A stretch of DNA of 62,093 nucleotides, counting the filler, from Rhabdomonas costata (Eukaryota): the NCBI GenBank assembly GCA_019059605.1. It is 19 parts of 19 records of this genome, joined end to end, with 100 filler letters (N's around TTAATTAATTAA, not from the genome) between each part and the next. Parts side by side here need not be neighbours in the genome. Positions count along the whole stretch, not along the records: positions 13,114 to 16,292 come from JAHMHO010001228.1; positions 16,393 to 19,571 come from JAHMHO010001229.1; positions 19,672 to 22,848 come from JAHMHO010001230.1; positions 22,949 to 26,124 come from JAHMHO010001231.1; 15 more parts are not named here. One strand, given 5' to 3'. The translations under genes were made by a program, and so were the position numbers. Numbering within the stretch: position 1 is the first letter of the stretch; each line of letters opens with the position of its first letter. Below the pieces are notes generated by a model, which was not told where the DNA came from, made no database searches, and saw only the letters and a list, made by a program, of their open reading frames with translations. This document shows positions 13,458 through 26,124 of this stretch, one piece after another.

Positions 13458-16292
13458 GAGGTTCTCTACCAGTTTAACACCTGGTTCCGGGTATCGCAGA
13501 AGCTGGGCCCGGCCGCGAAGAAGTTCTTGGAGTTCCAGCTGAACCGCTCCTTGGAGGCAGTGGAGGTGTGTGCGTTCATTGGATCCTGAGTAGGTGAGTA
13601 GGGTGGATGGGGCTGCGTGGCACGTCTGGTGCATTTTGCATTTTATTGCCATAAAATAGTGCTTTCCCTCATCCCGACTCCATTTGGTGAGTGGTGATTT
13701 CTCTCGTGATTCCACTCGAACGCGCGAGCGAGTGAATCAACAAGAGAGTAAAGACGGATGTTATGAGTGACATGAACATGCACGTCTCATCAACGGGGAA
13801 GAAGGTCATGAATAGTTGTTTTCTTCCCCCTGTTCATGTACAAGAACTATACTGACCCGGGTCACCGCAGGTTCTGGCAGCTGGAGATTCTTGAGATCTT
13901 TGCTCGGTTTCTTAATATTACGTTTTGTTTTAGGAGTTAGGATAAGCTTTTTTGCGTGAACGTGAAGGCACGGCACTGCGGCAGCGCAGAAGACAGCCGG
14001 AGAAAGCATACAGAGGTTGAAAAACAAAATGGCCGGCAAACAGGCACTGTGCACAGTTCTGCATACAAAAAGCTAGCAACGTGACTTGCAACAACTGGTG
14101 TCAAACAACATTGTACTGTTGAACGAGGAACGAAAATTCAAAGAAAGGCACGGTTCGCTCTCCCCAAGAAAATGTTAGGAACTCACAAAACGGGACCCTT
14201 ACGTCCCAACTACGGCGAGGCGCAACACACCAAGGCTTTGCCCCGTGGTACCTGTTGTAACTGTTGTTGCATGCCCTGTAGGTCTATGAGCTGTTGGAAA
14301 TCACCGAGGAAGACGCCCAGGACCTCAACCAGTCGATGTTGTTGCAGGCCAGCCTGAACAACGAGGCTCTGCGTAACGCCATCCGCCGCGCAAACCTTCC
14401 CGCGGTAAACCTTCTGCTCAGCCAAATGTCCGACGTCCGTGCGAAGGACAAGGACGGGAAGACGCTGCTGATGCACGCTGCTGAGAAGGGGTTGGCGGAG
14501 GTTTGAGTTTCGTCGGTCTGGTGTTTCGCAGGGACAGTTCTGAATGCGCACGAAGATGGAAAAAGACTGTGGTACGCCATCATGTGTAAGAACCTGCATG
14601 CGGCTGCAATGGTGCAAAGCCGCTAGCCAGGCCGATTTCTGACCCCCACTGCGTGCCTTTCCATTGCCTGCTCCCCTGCTTTTGCACTGCGCAGGTGTGC
14701 ATAGAGCTCTTAAAGCTCAACTCGGACGTCAACGCGGCGGACAAGTACGGCCGGACCCCTTTGATGTTCGCCGCAGAAAAGTCTCTCACCGAAGTTTGCG
14801 AGCGGATGCTAGAGCTCCGCGCTGACGTCACCGCACGGGACCACTATGACCAGACCGCGGTGATGTATGCCGCAGAGAAGCGCCTCGGCCTGCTCTGCAT
14901 CGAAATGCTGGAGGTCAAGGCCGACGTCAATGCCAGGGATAAGAACCAAAAAACGCTTTTGATGTACGCCGCCTCCAATGGCCTGAACGAGGTCTGCGCA
15001 CAGATACACTTTCAGGTTGTGAGCGGTCTATGAATAAGGAGCAAATTATCGGGTTGACTTGTGCAGTCAACAGATGGAGACATCTTTGCGCTTTCGCGCT
15101 ATTGCTGCCACGATCGTGTTCATCCTGTGTGCATCTAACCCTCTGCTATGTACTTTTGCACCCCGTTTGTGCGGGCATGAACATTTGCATGCACGAGTTG
15201 TGCCAGACGACTCCTTGGAGTGAGGGCGGGCTTCAAATGGGACGCCGCTGGTTTAATGGTTTGGCCTTAGGTCTGCCTGACTCTTGTGGAGACCATGGCG
15301 GACCCCAACGCCAGGAACAGCCAGGGCAAGACCCCGACCATGTTCGCCGCGGAGCGGGGCCTGGTTGAGGTCCTGCAGAAGCTCGTGGAGAAGGGCGCGG
15401 ACCTGAATGCGCGGAACCGCGACGGCGAGACCGCGTTGATGTACGGTGCGTTTTACCGCCACTCCGAGGTCTGCGAGGACTCACCTTCTTCAGCGAGACG
15501 TATCTTCCCCGAGCTGAGTGGCCTTGCTTCGTTTTCTGAATTCTTCTTCATGGACGGCTGATCTCGGATCTCAGAGGCGACGAAAGACGTCCAAGTCATA
15601 AAGACTGCACCCTGTCACTCCGCGGTTGCATGCTCTATCGAAGTCGCAGGGACCGCTTGCAGGGGAGAAACACGACAGTTGGCTGCCTCTCTTACAACAG
15701 TGCATAAGTGTGTGTAAGAAAAAGGAGCCAGCCGCGGAGGCCATCCTCGAGAAGTTGATGCACTGGGCGATCTGGGAGTGTCTTTGTCTTTGCGGTCGCT
15801 GTCTCGTGAAATTGTTTTTTTTTTCGCGTCTGTTCCATATCAACACCGTTGACGCTTGACATTCATTGTATTGTTCGGTGAGTTGTTTCTCGTGAAATTG
15901 ATGAGTCGGGGTTGGTGTGCGTTTGGGGGGGTGGGCGAGCGCACTAGTCTCACTCTCTCTTCGCACCTGACGTTACTCCCCACCCCCTCCCGGCCTTCAG
16001 ATTGATTTTTGTGTGCATATGTTCCTGTTTCACCTGCCTGTGTGTGTGTGTGTGTGCGTGCGTGCAGATCTGCACGACCCTTCTCGAGCTTCGCGCCGAC
16101 CCCAACATCTCCGATGAGCAAGGCAGGACCGCCGTTATGTTCGCCGCGGAGAAGATCCTCCCTGAGGTTTGCATTCTCCTCCTGGAGGCCGGCGCGGAGC
16201 CCAACTCCAGGGACCGCTCCGGGGAAACCCCGATGATGGTCGCCGCGCTGAACGGTCTCACCGATGTTTGCGTGAAGCTGCTAGAGCTGAGT
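13458..16292 (+). CDS. Ankyrin-repeat protein, partial (exons 13458-13565, 14282-14500, 14695-14991, 15271-15468, 16068->16292)
   Basis: About eight 33-aa repeats (DVNAADKYGRTPLMFAAEKSLTEVC etc.); all introns are phase-0 GT-AG. Confidence 0.92.
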
Positions 16293-16461
16293 NNNNNNNN
16301 NNNNNNNNNNNNNNNNNNNNNNNNNNNNNNNNNNNNTTAATTAATTAANNNNNNNNNNNNNNNNNNNNNNNNNNNNNNNNNNNNNNNNNNNNGTTGATTC
16401 GATTCAGGGCGCGTTAATCAATCACCATTTGACTGAACTTGTCCTTCATGCTCATAGACAA

Positions 16462-17560
16462 GAAGGACAAGTTCAGTCAAATGGTGATTGATTAACGCGC
16501 CCTGAATCGAATCATGTCAAGGACAATTACACGCTTCCGAGAATCGACGAGATGCTTATATACAGCTCGCTACCTCACTAATATGGACTTGTCCGGTGGT
16601 TTTCACCAGATTCGAATCCGCGAAGGAGACGATAACAAGGCATCTTTCCAGACGAAGTTCGGCTCTTTCAAGTGGACCGTGATGCAATTGATTAAAAATG
16701 CCCCAGCAACATTCCAGCGAACCATTAACTTCGCCTTTTCCGACATGAATGACTTTACAGACATCTACGCAGAAGACATTGTTGTCTTTTCCAAGACATA
16801 CGAAGAGCAAATAAACCACATCCGCCGAGTCCTTGACGCCGAGAGAAGCTTTTTGTAAAGCTAAGGAAGTGCTTTTTTTCACATCCGGAAATAGAATTCG
16901 TCGGTTGCATTGTCTGCAGCGGATGTATTCGCCCAGTGCAGGAAAAATTGCAGTCAATCTCGGAGTAGCCGCGACCCCACGGAACTTTAAAAAAGTCAGA
17001 AGTTTTCTCGGACTCGGCTTCTACCATCAATTCTTCCCGCAGTTTGCGACGGTGGCGACACCCATCTGCTGGCAAAGAAGAATCCGTTTGCACTGGGGCC
17101 CATCCGAACAGCAAGCACTCGATTGAATGAAGTCATACCTCTTTCGTTTGTTGTTTTGGCCTTTGCGGACCGGAACAAACCATTCATTCTCAATACCGAA
17201 GCTTCAGACACCGACATCGGAGCAGTTTTGTGCCATACCGATGACTCGAATTGCCTTTGCCTTGTTTTTTGAACCTTTAGGAAGTTGAATAAACATAAAG
17301 TTAATTACCCACAAACGAAAATGAACTGCTGGAACTCGTCGACGCTTACGATCGTTGGAAGCACTACTTCCATGGTGACAACGTCGAAGTCTTCACCGAC
17401 AACAGATGCCCCCGGTACTTTCACACCATGGCAAAGCCGAGACCCCGCCAGATTCCTTGGATACACCGATTTCCGGAATTTGATTTGACCATCACCCAAA
17501 TTACAGGTAATCTGAAAGTTGTTGTCGACATCCTCTCCATCATGCACGAGCAACAGGAGA
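16462..17560 (+). mobile_element. Degenerate Ty3/gypsy LTR retrotransposon pol (RT + RNase H)
   Basis: ID*RALN, MDLSGGFHQIRI, KASFQTKFGSFKWTVM, NAPATFQR, YAED in place of YxDD, VRSFLG, and RNase H TEASDTDIGAVL; many frameshifts and stops. Confidence 0.9.
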
Positions 17561-18589
17561 GGGTGGACACCTTCCCGCAGACACTCGCCAATAATGTGTT
17601 CCGCTGTGTTTCGCTTGACCAGCTCGAATCCTGTTGGACGACTATCTGGACAATTGCCGACAAGATGACAAAATGTTCGAGTATTTTTTCGACCCCAACA
17701 CCAGCGATGACACTAGGTGGAGTGGCGATTATCTTAAGTCACGAAGATGTAAAAAAGCAGTTGGAGGAAATGCTCAGCATCGAAGAAAACATCGTGGGTG
17801 AAGGAGCGGACAGCGCATGTAGGGATCTTGCTAACGTGCTTCTTATCTCTCATACACATCGGTTCTATCGGTCCCTTGAGTCCCTCCTATTACTCTCACT
17901 GTTCACTCCACAGGCATAAGCACAGTTACGGTCACTCAACAAAATCACTCCTTCTAACTCATGGAGGCATTGCTACTGCGGAGCCTTTATGTTGGTCATT
18001 GCATCATTAGTGAAAGTGTACGGAGTGATGTCATGCAGGCATTACGGAGAAGGAAGTAAAATAGTGCACTCTCTCACTTGTCGGCATGCCACTCACTGAT
18101 CAAGCATTCACTCTCTCTCTTCACTACTCACTCTTTAAGTCCCACTGTGCCTCAGAATCTCAGTTGTGGCATTTCTATCATCTCAGGGCCTCAGAATACA
18201 ACAGGTATCACCCCCATGCATTCATCAATCATTCAGATGTGGAGTGTGAGTGTGGTCATTACCAGCACACTCCTGTAATGTCGGGATCGGCGCCCTCCGT
18301 TACAAACATTCTACCCTGTGGTTGGATGGAGTATTTGTTCTTGGTACGGTCATACTCTGCAGCGTATATCCTACCACCAACATCCCATTTTCCTCTGCGT
18401 GTGTTGATTCCTGGTTAGAATAATCCTAATACTACCATAGGGTGGAGTGTGTGTGTAATTCTAGCGCATAGTTACAGATGCGGTGCTGTGCCATCTGTTG
18501 TGTTGATGCATCCTCCAGTGGGTATGACCGCTTTGACAACTATCATCATCGCCACTACTACTGCGCGTGTGTTCCTCCAGGTAAGTTGT

Positions 18590-18823
18590 ACCTGTGGTTT
18601 GGCCTGGAAGCACCACATCTGGGTTGGAGCTTGATTAATTGATCCAGACTACCGATGGAATGTGAAGATCTTGCTGTTCAACCACGGAAGTAGGGACTAC
18701 CACGTCAATAATGGTGATCGGGTGGCGCAATTCCTGTTGGAGTACATTGCAACACCACCCGTGGGCGTTGTTCCACAGCTTCCGGGGAGTGTGCGAGGTA
18801 AAGGTTCGTTCGGATCCTCTGGA
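18590..18823 (+). pseudogene. dut: Trimeric dUTPase domain, degenerate, apparently part of the adjacent retroelement
   Basis: GLAWKH (motif 2), GA*LIDPDYR (motif 3, TGA at 18632-18634), GDRVAQ (motif 4), [10 protein letters not shown] (motif 5), all in one frame. Confidence 0.88.
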
Positions 18824-19147
18824 GTTGGTTCGGTATCGGAACCCCAGGCCTCTCCTGGTGTTTCAGAGCAGCCAGCCACAGAAGTTATCGACCCCAAAGC
18901 CGACGTCACACGGCGGTTGGACGTACCGCATGCGGCATCTTCCAATTCCAACGCTTCGGAATTGGAAAATGCTTTTCCTTATGTATCACAGGTTGCCATT
19001 TGAAACAATTTTGTGTTGCCCAAATCGAGGTATCAGCTAAACTTTAGGTAGCGCAAGGCGGCTGCTCCGCCTCTGCCTTAGCAGCCAGCACCCAAACCAC
19101 CTGCGGTTCCCTCCCAGATCAATGGAGGATCCGCTTTCCCCCATGTC

Positions 19148-19571
19148 TTGCCTCCAAAGTCTGGAAGATGTGAACCTTTTGATTGGGACAGGCGTGAGCT
19201 GCTCGCCGCCGACCACGAAAGTAAGATGGGGAAGCGGAAGAAGCTGTCTGCGAGCAAAGACGTTCAGGAGCTGATCAAGAATCTTGATCCAGCGACCTGT
19301 GGCCCTCCAGTTCAGACAGCTCCAATTCACCCACAAGTGCTCAGGATCAACGAGGAGTACAAAGATCTCTTTCCAGAGAAGCTGTCCCCAGTGTTACCAC
19401 CAGCTCGTCCAACCAACCACCGCATTGACTTCCCAGAGAAGTTTCGCATCCCAGCTCCGCGCATGTACAGATTGGCCCCCAGCGAAGATGATGAGTTACA
19501 GCGTCAGCTGAATGACTTGCTGGACCATCAGTACATCAAGGAAATCACGTCCCCCTACGGCTCAGGGATCC
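19148..19571 (+). mobile_element. Second Ty3/gypsy pol, start of the RT region, cut by the contig end
   Basis: EYKDLFPEKLSPVLPPARPTNHRIDF...YRLAPSEDDELQRQLNDLLDHQYIKEITSPYGS is the typical Ty3/gypsy pre-RT/RT start. Confidence 0.9.
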
Positions 19572-20369
19572 NNNNNNNNNNNNNNNNNNNNNNNNNNNNN
19601 NNNNNNNNNNNNNNNTTAATTAATTAANNNNNNNNNNNNNNNNNNNNNNNNNNNNNNNNNNNNNNNNNNNNTGTTGTGTGGCAGGTGAAAGTGGAATCAC
19701 AATGCGGGCGAGAGACGAACGAGACGGGTCGAAACAGCAAAAAAAAAAACCAGGGCAAGCAATTCTGTAGGGCTGAGAAAAGCCGTTCGGACAACAAACC
19801 TCGAAAGATACAGACAGAGGTGCCTCCCAATCGTTTCCCAAATTTTCTTCCGCTCAGAAAATGGTGGTAAACGCAAAGGTCCACTTTGAGCCAAAAGCTG
19901 GGGTTTGGGAGACCCCCGCATCCTGTCCGACATCTCTCTCGGTAATGTAGAGGCGTGTAGAGGATACTTTGCACTCGACAATTCATCATTGAAACGTCTG
20001 CGGTCCATCAGGCCACACAAGAAACAAGATACAGAATTAGAAAATTGGTGCTGTTGTGTTTATTTTTCGGATGGGGTGCGTCAAACGTTAGCACCATTAA
20101 AAGGTCCAAACTTTTTACTCGTGCAGAGGCACAGTTCATCAACCTCCGCCACTACCACTCTGTTATACGACCAATAGTGTTGCTCGTCGAATGTTGCGTG
20201 TACTCTCCAAGGGGCCTTTCTCCTCAGCGATTCGCCATGGCAGCGGGAGAACACCGAGAGAAGAGCTGACAACCGTTCTCCTTTACACAGGCGCATGCAC
20301 ATTCTTCCCCACCGTGCAGCCACAGTCACTGCAGCCCCACCACCACCACCACCACCACACTCTCAGGTG

Positions 20370-22829
20370 CTACCGTACAACCCGTGGGACTTGCACGGAG
20401 AGTACTCCAAACTCCGCGGCGCCCATGGAGGAGCCCTCAAATACGATGGGGCAGCGACCATGCCCGTGGCGGGACTGGCGGTACAGCTCCACCACACGAG
20501 CGACCTCCTTCTTGGCCTCCTCCGCCGGCCCACCAGAGAGAATGCACACGGTACCTCCGGAGCCTCCCCCCGTGATCTTCGCCCCGAAAAGATGGCTCCC
20601 AAAGGAGGGGCTCTGGCGCACCAACTCCACCAGGCTGTCTGTGGCCTCGCTCCCAAGCCCACATCTGAGAAAGGAAAAAGGGCAACGCGGGATACGACAA
20701 TTTAGGCCGGCTCCCTTATGATGGGTTGCATTAGGCTTTGTTTTTGCCAAAGGGCCAAAATTCACATGAATCCATCCTGGAGATTCGAGGAAGGTCATCG
20801 ACCCTGAAGCAATCTGTTTGTGGGGTTCCTCTAGGGATTTGGTTCGCACATTCCCTGTGCTTATTTTATTTTATTATTTCTATCGATGAGCCCGGGAAGA
20901 TCTCGGGGTAACATCTCAGAAGTGTTTCTGTTTCGAGGGAAACGCCGATAATGCATGGGCTCAAAAAAACGGTGTTGAGGGAGGGAGTGGTCTGGAAAAA
21001 AGCGCGATATATAATGAGAGCATAGAACCCACCAGTGCATTCCGTTCTTCCGCCCTTCTGCTATTGCCATACTGAGATTGGGAAGAAAACGCACAGAGTG
21101 CGTGCTATACCCGCTGGAAGCAGAAATAAGCACGGACGAAGCCCCATGGTGCACTGTCCCGAAGCTCTAATGTAGTCTCATCATCATCGAGCCAGTCAGC
21201 GCTTTTCTTGTGCGCTGGACTGGCTCAAAGTAGTAAAGGTTTGTGCACGCTTTTCCGGACGCACGTACATAATTGAATTTGGAAGTTCAGGCAAAAACCC
21301 AAAACTCACAAAACTCAAAAAATCACAAGAACAAATGTAGTGGCAAATCCCCCCAAAAAGGCAGGACTACGCAGCTGGGTGAGACTCAATCTTTACCCCG
21401 CACCCGAAATCCCAAAAACAAAGCTAAGGCTACAACAAGAGAGAATAAGAATACAACAGCGCTGATGTCATATAGAAACAATGTAACTAAAAGAGGAGCA
21501 GGGAGGATGAGAATCGAGAGAGTACAGCGATGCCCATACTTGGAATAAGAGACATGGCTTTGCAGCATCAACTCCCCCAGCAGCTCCAGGCAAGTGACTG
21601 AGGAAGAGCCGGCGCAGCTCTTCAGAAGCTCATGAAAGAGACGAACTCGAGTGCCCTCGAAAACCTGTCATGCCACACAAGTTATACGAGTCCAGGGGGT
21701 CCGATACGGGTGCACAAGCAAGAAGAGTAGGGTCTGCATTTCAAATCATTTGGTTTGAATATGTTTCCAACGCGTTTTCGGAAGTGCATCCTTGATTCCA
21801 CAGCATTCCAAGTATTGTATTGGTTACAACAAAGAGAATTGTGTAAAATGGGGGCGGATGAAAAGGTAAAACCACTTTCATCAGAAGCCATGCTGTGGCA
21901 AGCAAAGAAAATGTTCTCTGTGCACACAGGACTAGCACTATCGACCCTGGTAGCAGTTCAGTACAGGGCTTGTCTGCGGACACTCTGCCATGTATTGCAA
22001 TCTACTTCAGCGCCCGAGTTTCATCTTTGAAGTACTTCCATGCAAAAGTTATGTGAACACATTCACAGAGGGGGGGGGGTCGAGAAATACCGGATGGGCG
22101 GTGGCGCTTCGGATGGGATAAGCTCTGAGGGTGTCCACTGTGGTGACTGGGTCCTCGTGGGAGCCATACCGCTCGAGGAATTCGGCACCGCTCATGTCCA
22201 CTGAGACCAAAGGACCCGAAGCCCATATCAATGCACGTACATGTTCCAAGGAAGCGTCAAAAAGGGGACTCTATCAGCACCCAGGGCCCTTACACCTTAA
22301 ATAAACACAAATAACTAAAAGGCATAGGGTCAAGTCTCTGAGCTCCAAAAAGGTAATATGAAGGATCTAAAACAGGCGAACGTAAAACAACGATTTTCGG
22401 GTGGAGACTCCTCCATGGAACTTTGATACCTGAGTGTTGTTCCTTCATTCTCTTTTGATCTATCGTCTGGATAAGATAGCCCAAAATCACAAATCGATCG
22501 ACATCAACATATTTGCACTCGCCTCATCACAGGGGCAAAAAGCGAGCAGGACGGGTCATACGGGGAAGCTGGTCCTCATACAGCTGCTCAAACTCCGAGG
22601 GGCACAGGTTGACCAGATGGTCAAGGGAGCGCGGCTGCGCAGGCAGAGAGGACCCCGTGGCCCGTATGATCCGTCGGCCCATAAACGCCGCCGCCCGCAC
22701 GGTGGAATAGTCCGAGCCCCCCACGGCGTGTCGTACCCCGGAGTCCACTCCCGAGAAGGCCACGCCTGGGGGCACGCTGAGGTGCCCGAGCACGCGGGCT
22801 GGCTGGCACAGCAGGCACAGCAGATGATC
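20370..22829 (-). CDS. L-arabinokinase-like GHMP kinase, C-terminal part (exons 22562-~22829, 22091-22200, 21540-21664, 20370-20664)
   Basis: LLCLLCQPA, GVDSGVRHAVGGSDYSTVRAAAFMG, HEDPVTTVD, LGELMLQSHVSY, CGLGSEATD, GAKITGGGSGGTV and FEGSSMGA match plant ARA1-type arabinokinases; exon phases are consistent. Confidence 0.88.
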
Positions 22830-23604
22830 CTGGGATTCCCACCCCCCCNNNNNNNNNNNNNNNNNNNNNNNNNNNNNNNNNNNNNNNNNNNNTTAATTAA
22901 TTAANNNNNNNNNNNNNNNNNNNNNNNNNNNNNNNNNNNNNNNNNNNNGGGGGTGTGGTATATCAGCCTTGCATTGAGCCCAGGAGTGTTAAACGCCCCT
23001 TTTCAATTCAACTGTACTTCTTCTCCTCATCCCGACTTGCGGTCTTTCGAAAACACATTCGTTTTACTATCGTTTCCCCCCCCCCACACACACACACACT
23101 CGTTTCCCCCTCTTGGCATTGCTGACCTCATCGAAGGTAAAGAAATCACAGCAGCGGCGCACAGAGCATCAACAATATAGGGATTAATCAATCATCAATC
23201 CTCTGTCGTGGGCTTGATCCCGGCCATCGACTGTGTGATTTTGGAGTGCACCAGGCGGCCATTTGCCTGGGCCACCTTTCGCGGGGACAGAGTCAGGTGG
23301 GGTTTTTGTGCATACTTTTATGGGCGTCGTTGATAAACCCTCGTTTGCCGCTGGGGAAGGATACCGAACAAAATTTAAATAAACCAGAAAGAATTGAGCC
23401 GCCAAGTGGCACGGGCGGATACCGGCCTTAGGATCCAAGGACCGGCCAATGCAATTTTTGTGAGGCCCAGTGCATCCACAATCCCGGGCCTGCTTCGCCC
23501 TCTCTCTCTTGGTCTGCTTCCACTATGCATTCGGTTTGTGTCAAGGGCGCTTGAAACCCACGGAGATGCGCTGACAAAAAAACGTTCACCACCCCACTCC
23601 TTAC

Positions 23605-26124
23605 CTCAGGATGACATGCAGGGGGTAGCTCAACTCGTCGGCGTCCACACGGATCAGCCCCGGCCTGACCCGGGTCTGCAGCCGGGCCATATTCTGCGGC
23701 GCCAGGGCAGTGTGGTTGGGCTCCCCGGGCTTCGTGGGGAAGTGCTTCTGCAGCAGGGGCTGCAGCATGATCTGGAACCCGGCGCTGCGGCCGATCTGCA
23801 TCTCAAAGAACAGGGACTGAGATTCGTGCACCCCCATGCTCCGAGCCTGCCCGGCGGGCTGGCCCAGCCACTCCAGAGGGCGGTTCTGCTCATACCTTTG
23901 AAGCATAAAGAAGAAGCAGGATGCAGATACAGAGGGAAGCAAAAGAGATCAGAAATGGACCAACCCAATAATTAGGCGCAGGAAGAGGGGAAGAAGAAAC
24001 CGATAAAGGAGAGAGGGAAGAGGAGGTGGAGCGCAAACAACGCGCACAGATCAAGAGCGCACTCCACTCCTTCACGCAAAAAGCTTTTCGACGGATCTGC
24101 CCCTGCATTTGTCGGGAGGTGCAAAAATTGCGCCAGCCTCCCTTAGCGCACACGTTGTATTGCCCTCCAAGGCTCATTATGACAAACCTCGAAACCGAAG
24201 ACCCAATGGAGCTAAAAAAACCGGCCGCTAATTTGCCATGCGTGCTGCGTACCCAATCCATCGCACAATGGCTGAATTGAGGACGCAGAATTTCGTGCAG
24301 CTGGACAAAGCAGACAGAGCTCCACCCGATAACATGAACCATCTGAGTATACTTTCTCCGTACGTATCTCGCACAGGTCAACGGCACACCTCGCCCCCAA
24401 GGCTTTCAGATAGGGACCGCCCTTGAATCAAATTTTTCTGGCAGCTTCCCTACAACTCTCCTAAGTACCTCTCTCACTGCAATTGGGCGAATACTACCAC
24501 CTGCCTTTCCCAGACCGAAAAGACGCACAAGGGTGTGCCCGTCAGCCAGAAGATTGGCAACCTTGGTGATGGCGGTGGCTTTCCGAAACTTCGTGAATTA
24601 TCCAACCCACTCTCTTTCACTGTCGGAAAGAACTTAACCGGGCATGGCCTGTCTCGTGGACGATCCCCATCATGGACTCCGCCAGCTCGTTCTCGTTGTA
24701 CCGCGTGGCAATCCGGGTATCCTCCGCAACTCCCCCGCAGAACGGGTGCGCGCTGACGTCCATCCGCCCCGCCTCGAAGTCGAACCCCAGCACCCGGGCC
24801 ACCTCCTCTACCAAAGCTTTCTGCCGCTCCACGGGGAAGGGCCCCTGGGGCTCCACCACAGGCGTGGTAGCCGCGAACTGGGTCTGCTGCGCAACGACCT
24901 CACGCAGCAGCCCAGGCAGCCAAGTCTTGAGGTTCCCAAACAGGGCGTCCAGCCTGTGGAAGGGAAAGGAGTGTGGCCTTCACCATGGCAGTGCAGGTGT
25001 TGAGGTCTGGCGGTTCAGACCGGTCAACAGATTTTACTTCAGCGGCAAGATGTGGTCCTGTAGCTTCAAGGGCCTTTTGGAGAACAACAGTCACCTAAAG
25101 AGACGAAGAAGAGAAAGTTGCGGATCAATACAGATGGAATGATGAGAAAATTGACTCCGAGGGAACTGATTTGAAAACAACCCTTCCACAACACTGGCAT
25201 CACTGGAACCCATCCCAATTTCATGCCGAGTTGAAGCGGGCAATCGGTTTAAAGAATAATAGGTGTGGGAAACATCATGCGATCACTGCTTGTTGGTGTA
25301 AGTGCTTTGCCTTGCGGTGGTCATCCCCGGCTCGAACTGGTCCATCAGGGCCTCGTATAGACTCAGCGAGGTCCCCTCCTGCAGGCACCGCGCGGCCTCC
25401 CGGGTCACCGCGACGACCTCCTTGAACAGCGGCACAAACCCGGCCCAGTTGTTCTCCTGCCGAAGCCCACGCCATGCGTGTTCTGAACGCGAGCAGGCCA
25501 GGCTCTTGCGCTCCACTAGGGCCGCGGGCAAACGGTTCGCCGCGGCCCAGGCCCGCCGCATCTCCCGCAGGTTGCCCTCCTCCCCAGGGGTCGAGCCCTG
25601 AGAGTACACATATGAAGAGATGTGCAAGAGAGTCCGTCGTTACCTTACTGTATTCCCTTACCTTAACTTATTCAGGACCCTCTGTAGCTCTCAGTCTGGC
25701 AGCGCTTTGAAGAGCACGCGGCAAGCATTCAGTGCTGTACGTGAAAATCTCTTTCACTCGATTTGATTTGCAAATACCTGCAAGCGCTTCCTTTCAAGAT
25801 GCAAGATCCGGTTTCTCAACTTTCTTTCACATCGACAAACGCATGCGGAAGAGAACAAATTTGAACGTGAACCTGAACGTGAACGTGAATCGAGCCAATC
25901 CCTTATTCCCCAATGAACCTGAAGGGCATCCTGCCGACTCCGGCAAATCAGGAACTGGACACTCCAACCCATCAACGCATACGCTGCTGTGCTAAAGGTT
26001 ATTCCCTCCACCGGCACCAAACATAATCCCTGCCATTCCAGCGCAGCTCACCCTGACCTTGGCCTCCTTCAGCAGGTTCGCCAGAGCGGGGTCCGTGATC
26101 AGCTCGTGAAGCAGCACCCAAACC
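23605..26124 (-). CDS. Metallocarboxypeptidase family M32 (Taq-like), partial (exons 26058-26124, 25311-25597, 24639-24953, 23605-23895)
   Basis: YEALMDQFEPG, GRMDVSAHPFCGG, RIATRY, zinc motif HETGHARYEQ, SMGVHESQSLFFE, IRVDADELSYPLHVILR; includes a GC-AG intron at 24954-25310. Confidence 0.95.

Noticed and set aside
16395..16514. Perfect 53-bp inverted repeat
   Set aside because: It is at the contig start and one arm is ordinary decayed RT sequence; a fold-back artefact.
23115..23160. DLIEGK on the + strand resembling the next M32 exon
   Set aside because: Wrong strand and the flanks do not match; likely coincidence or an unrelated exon.
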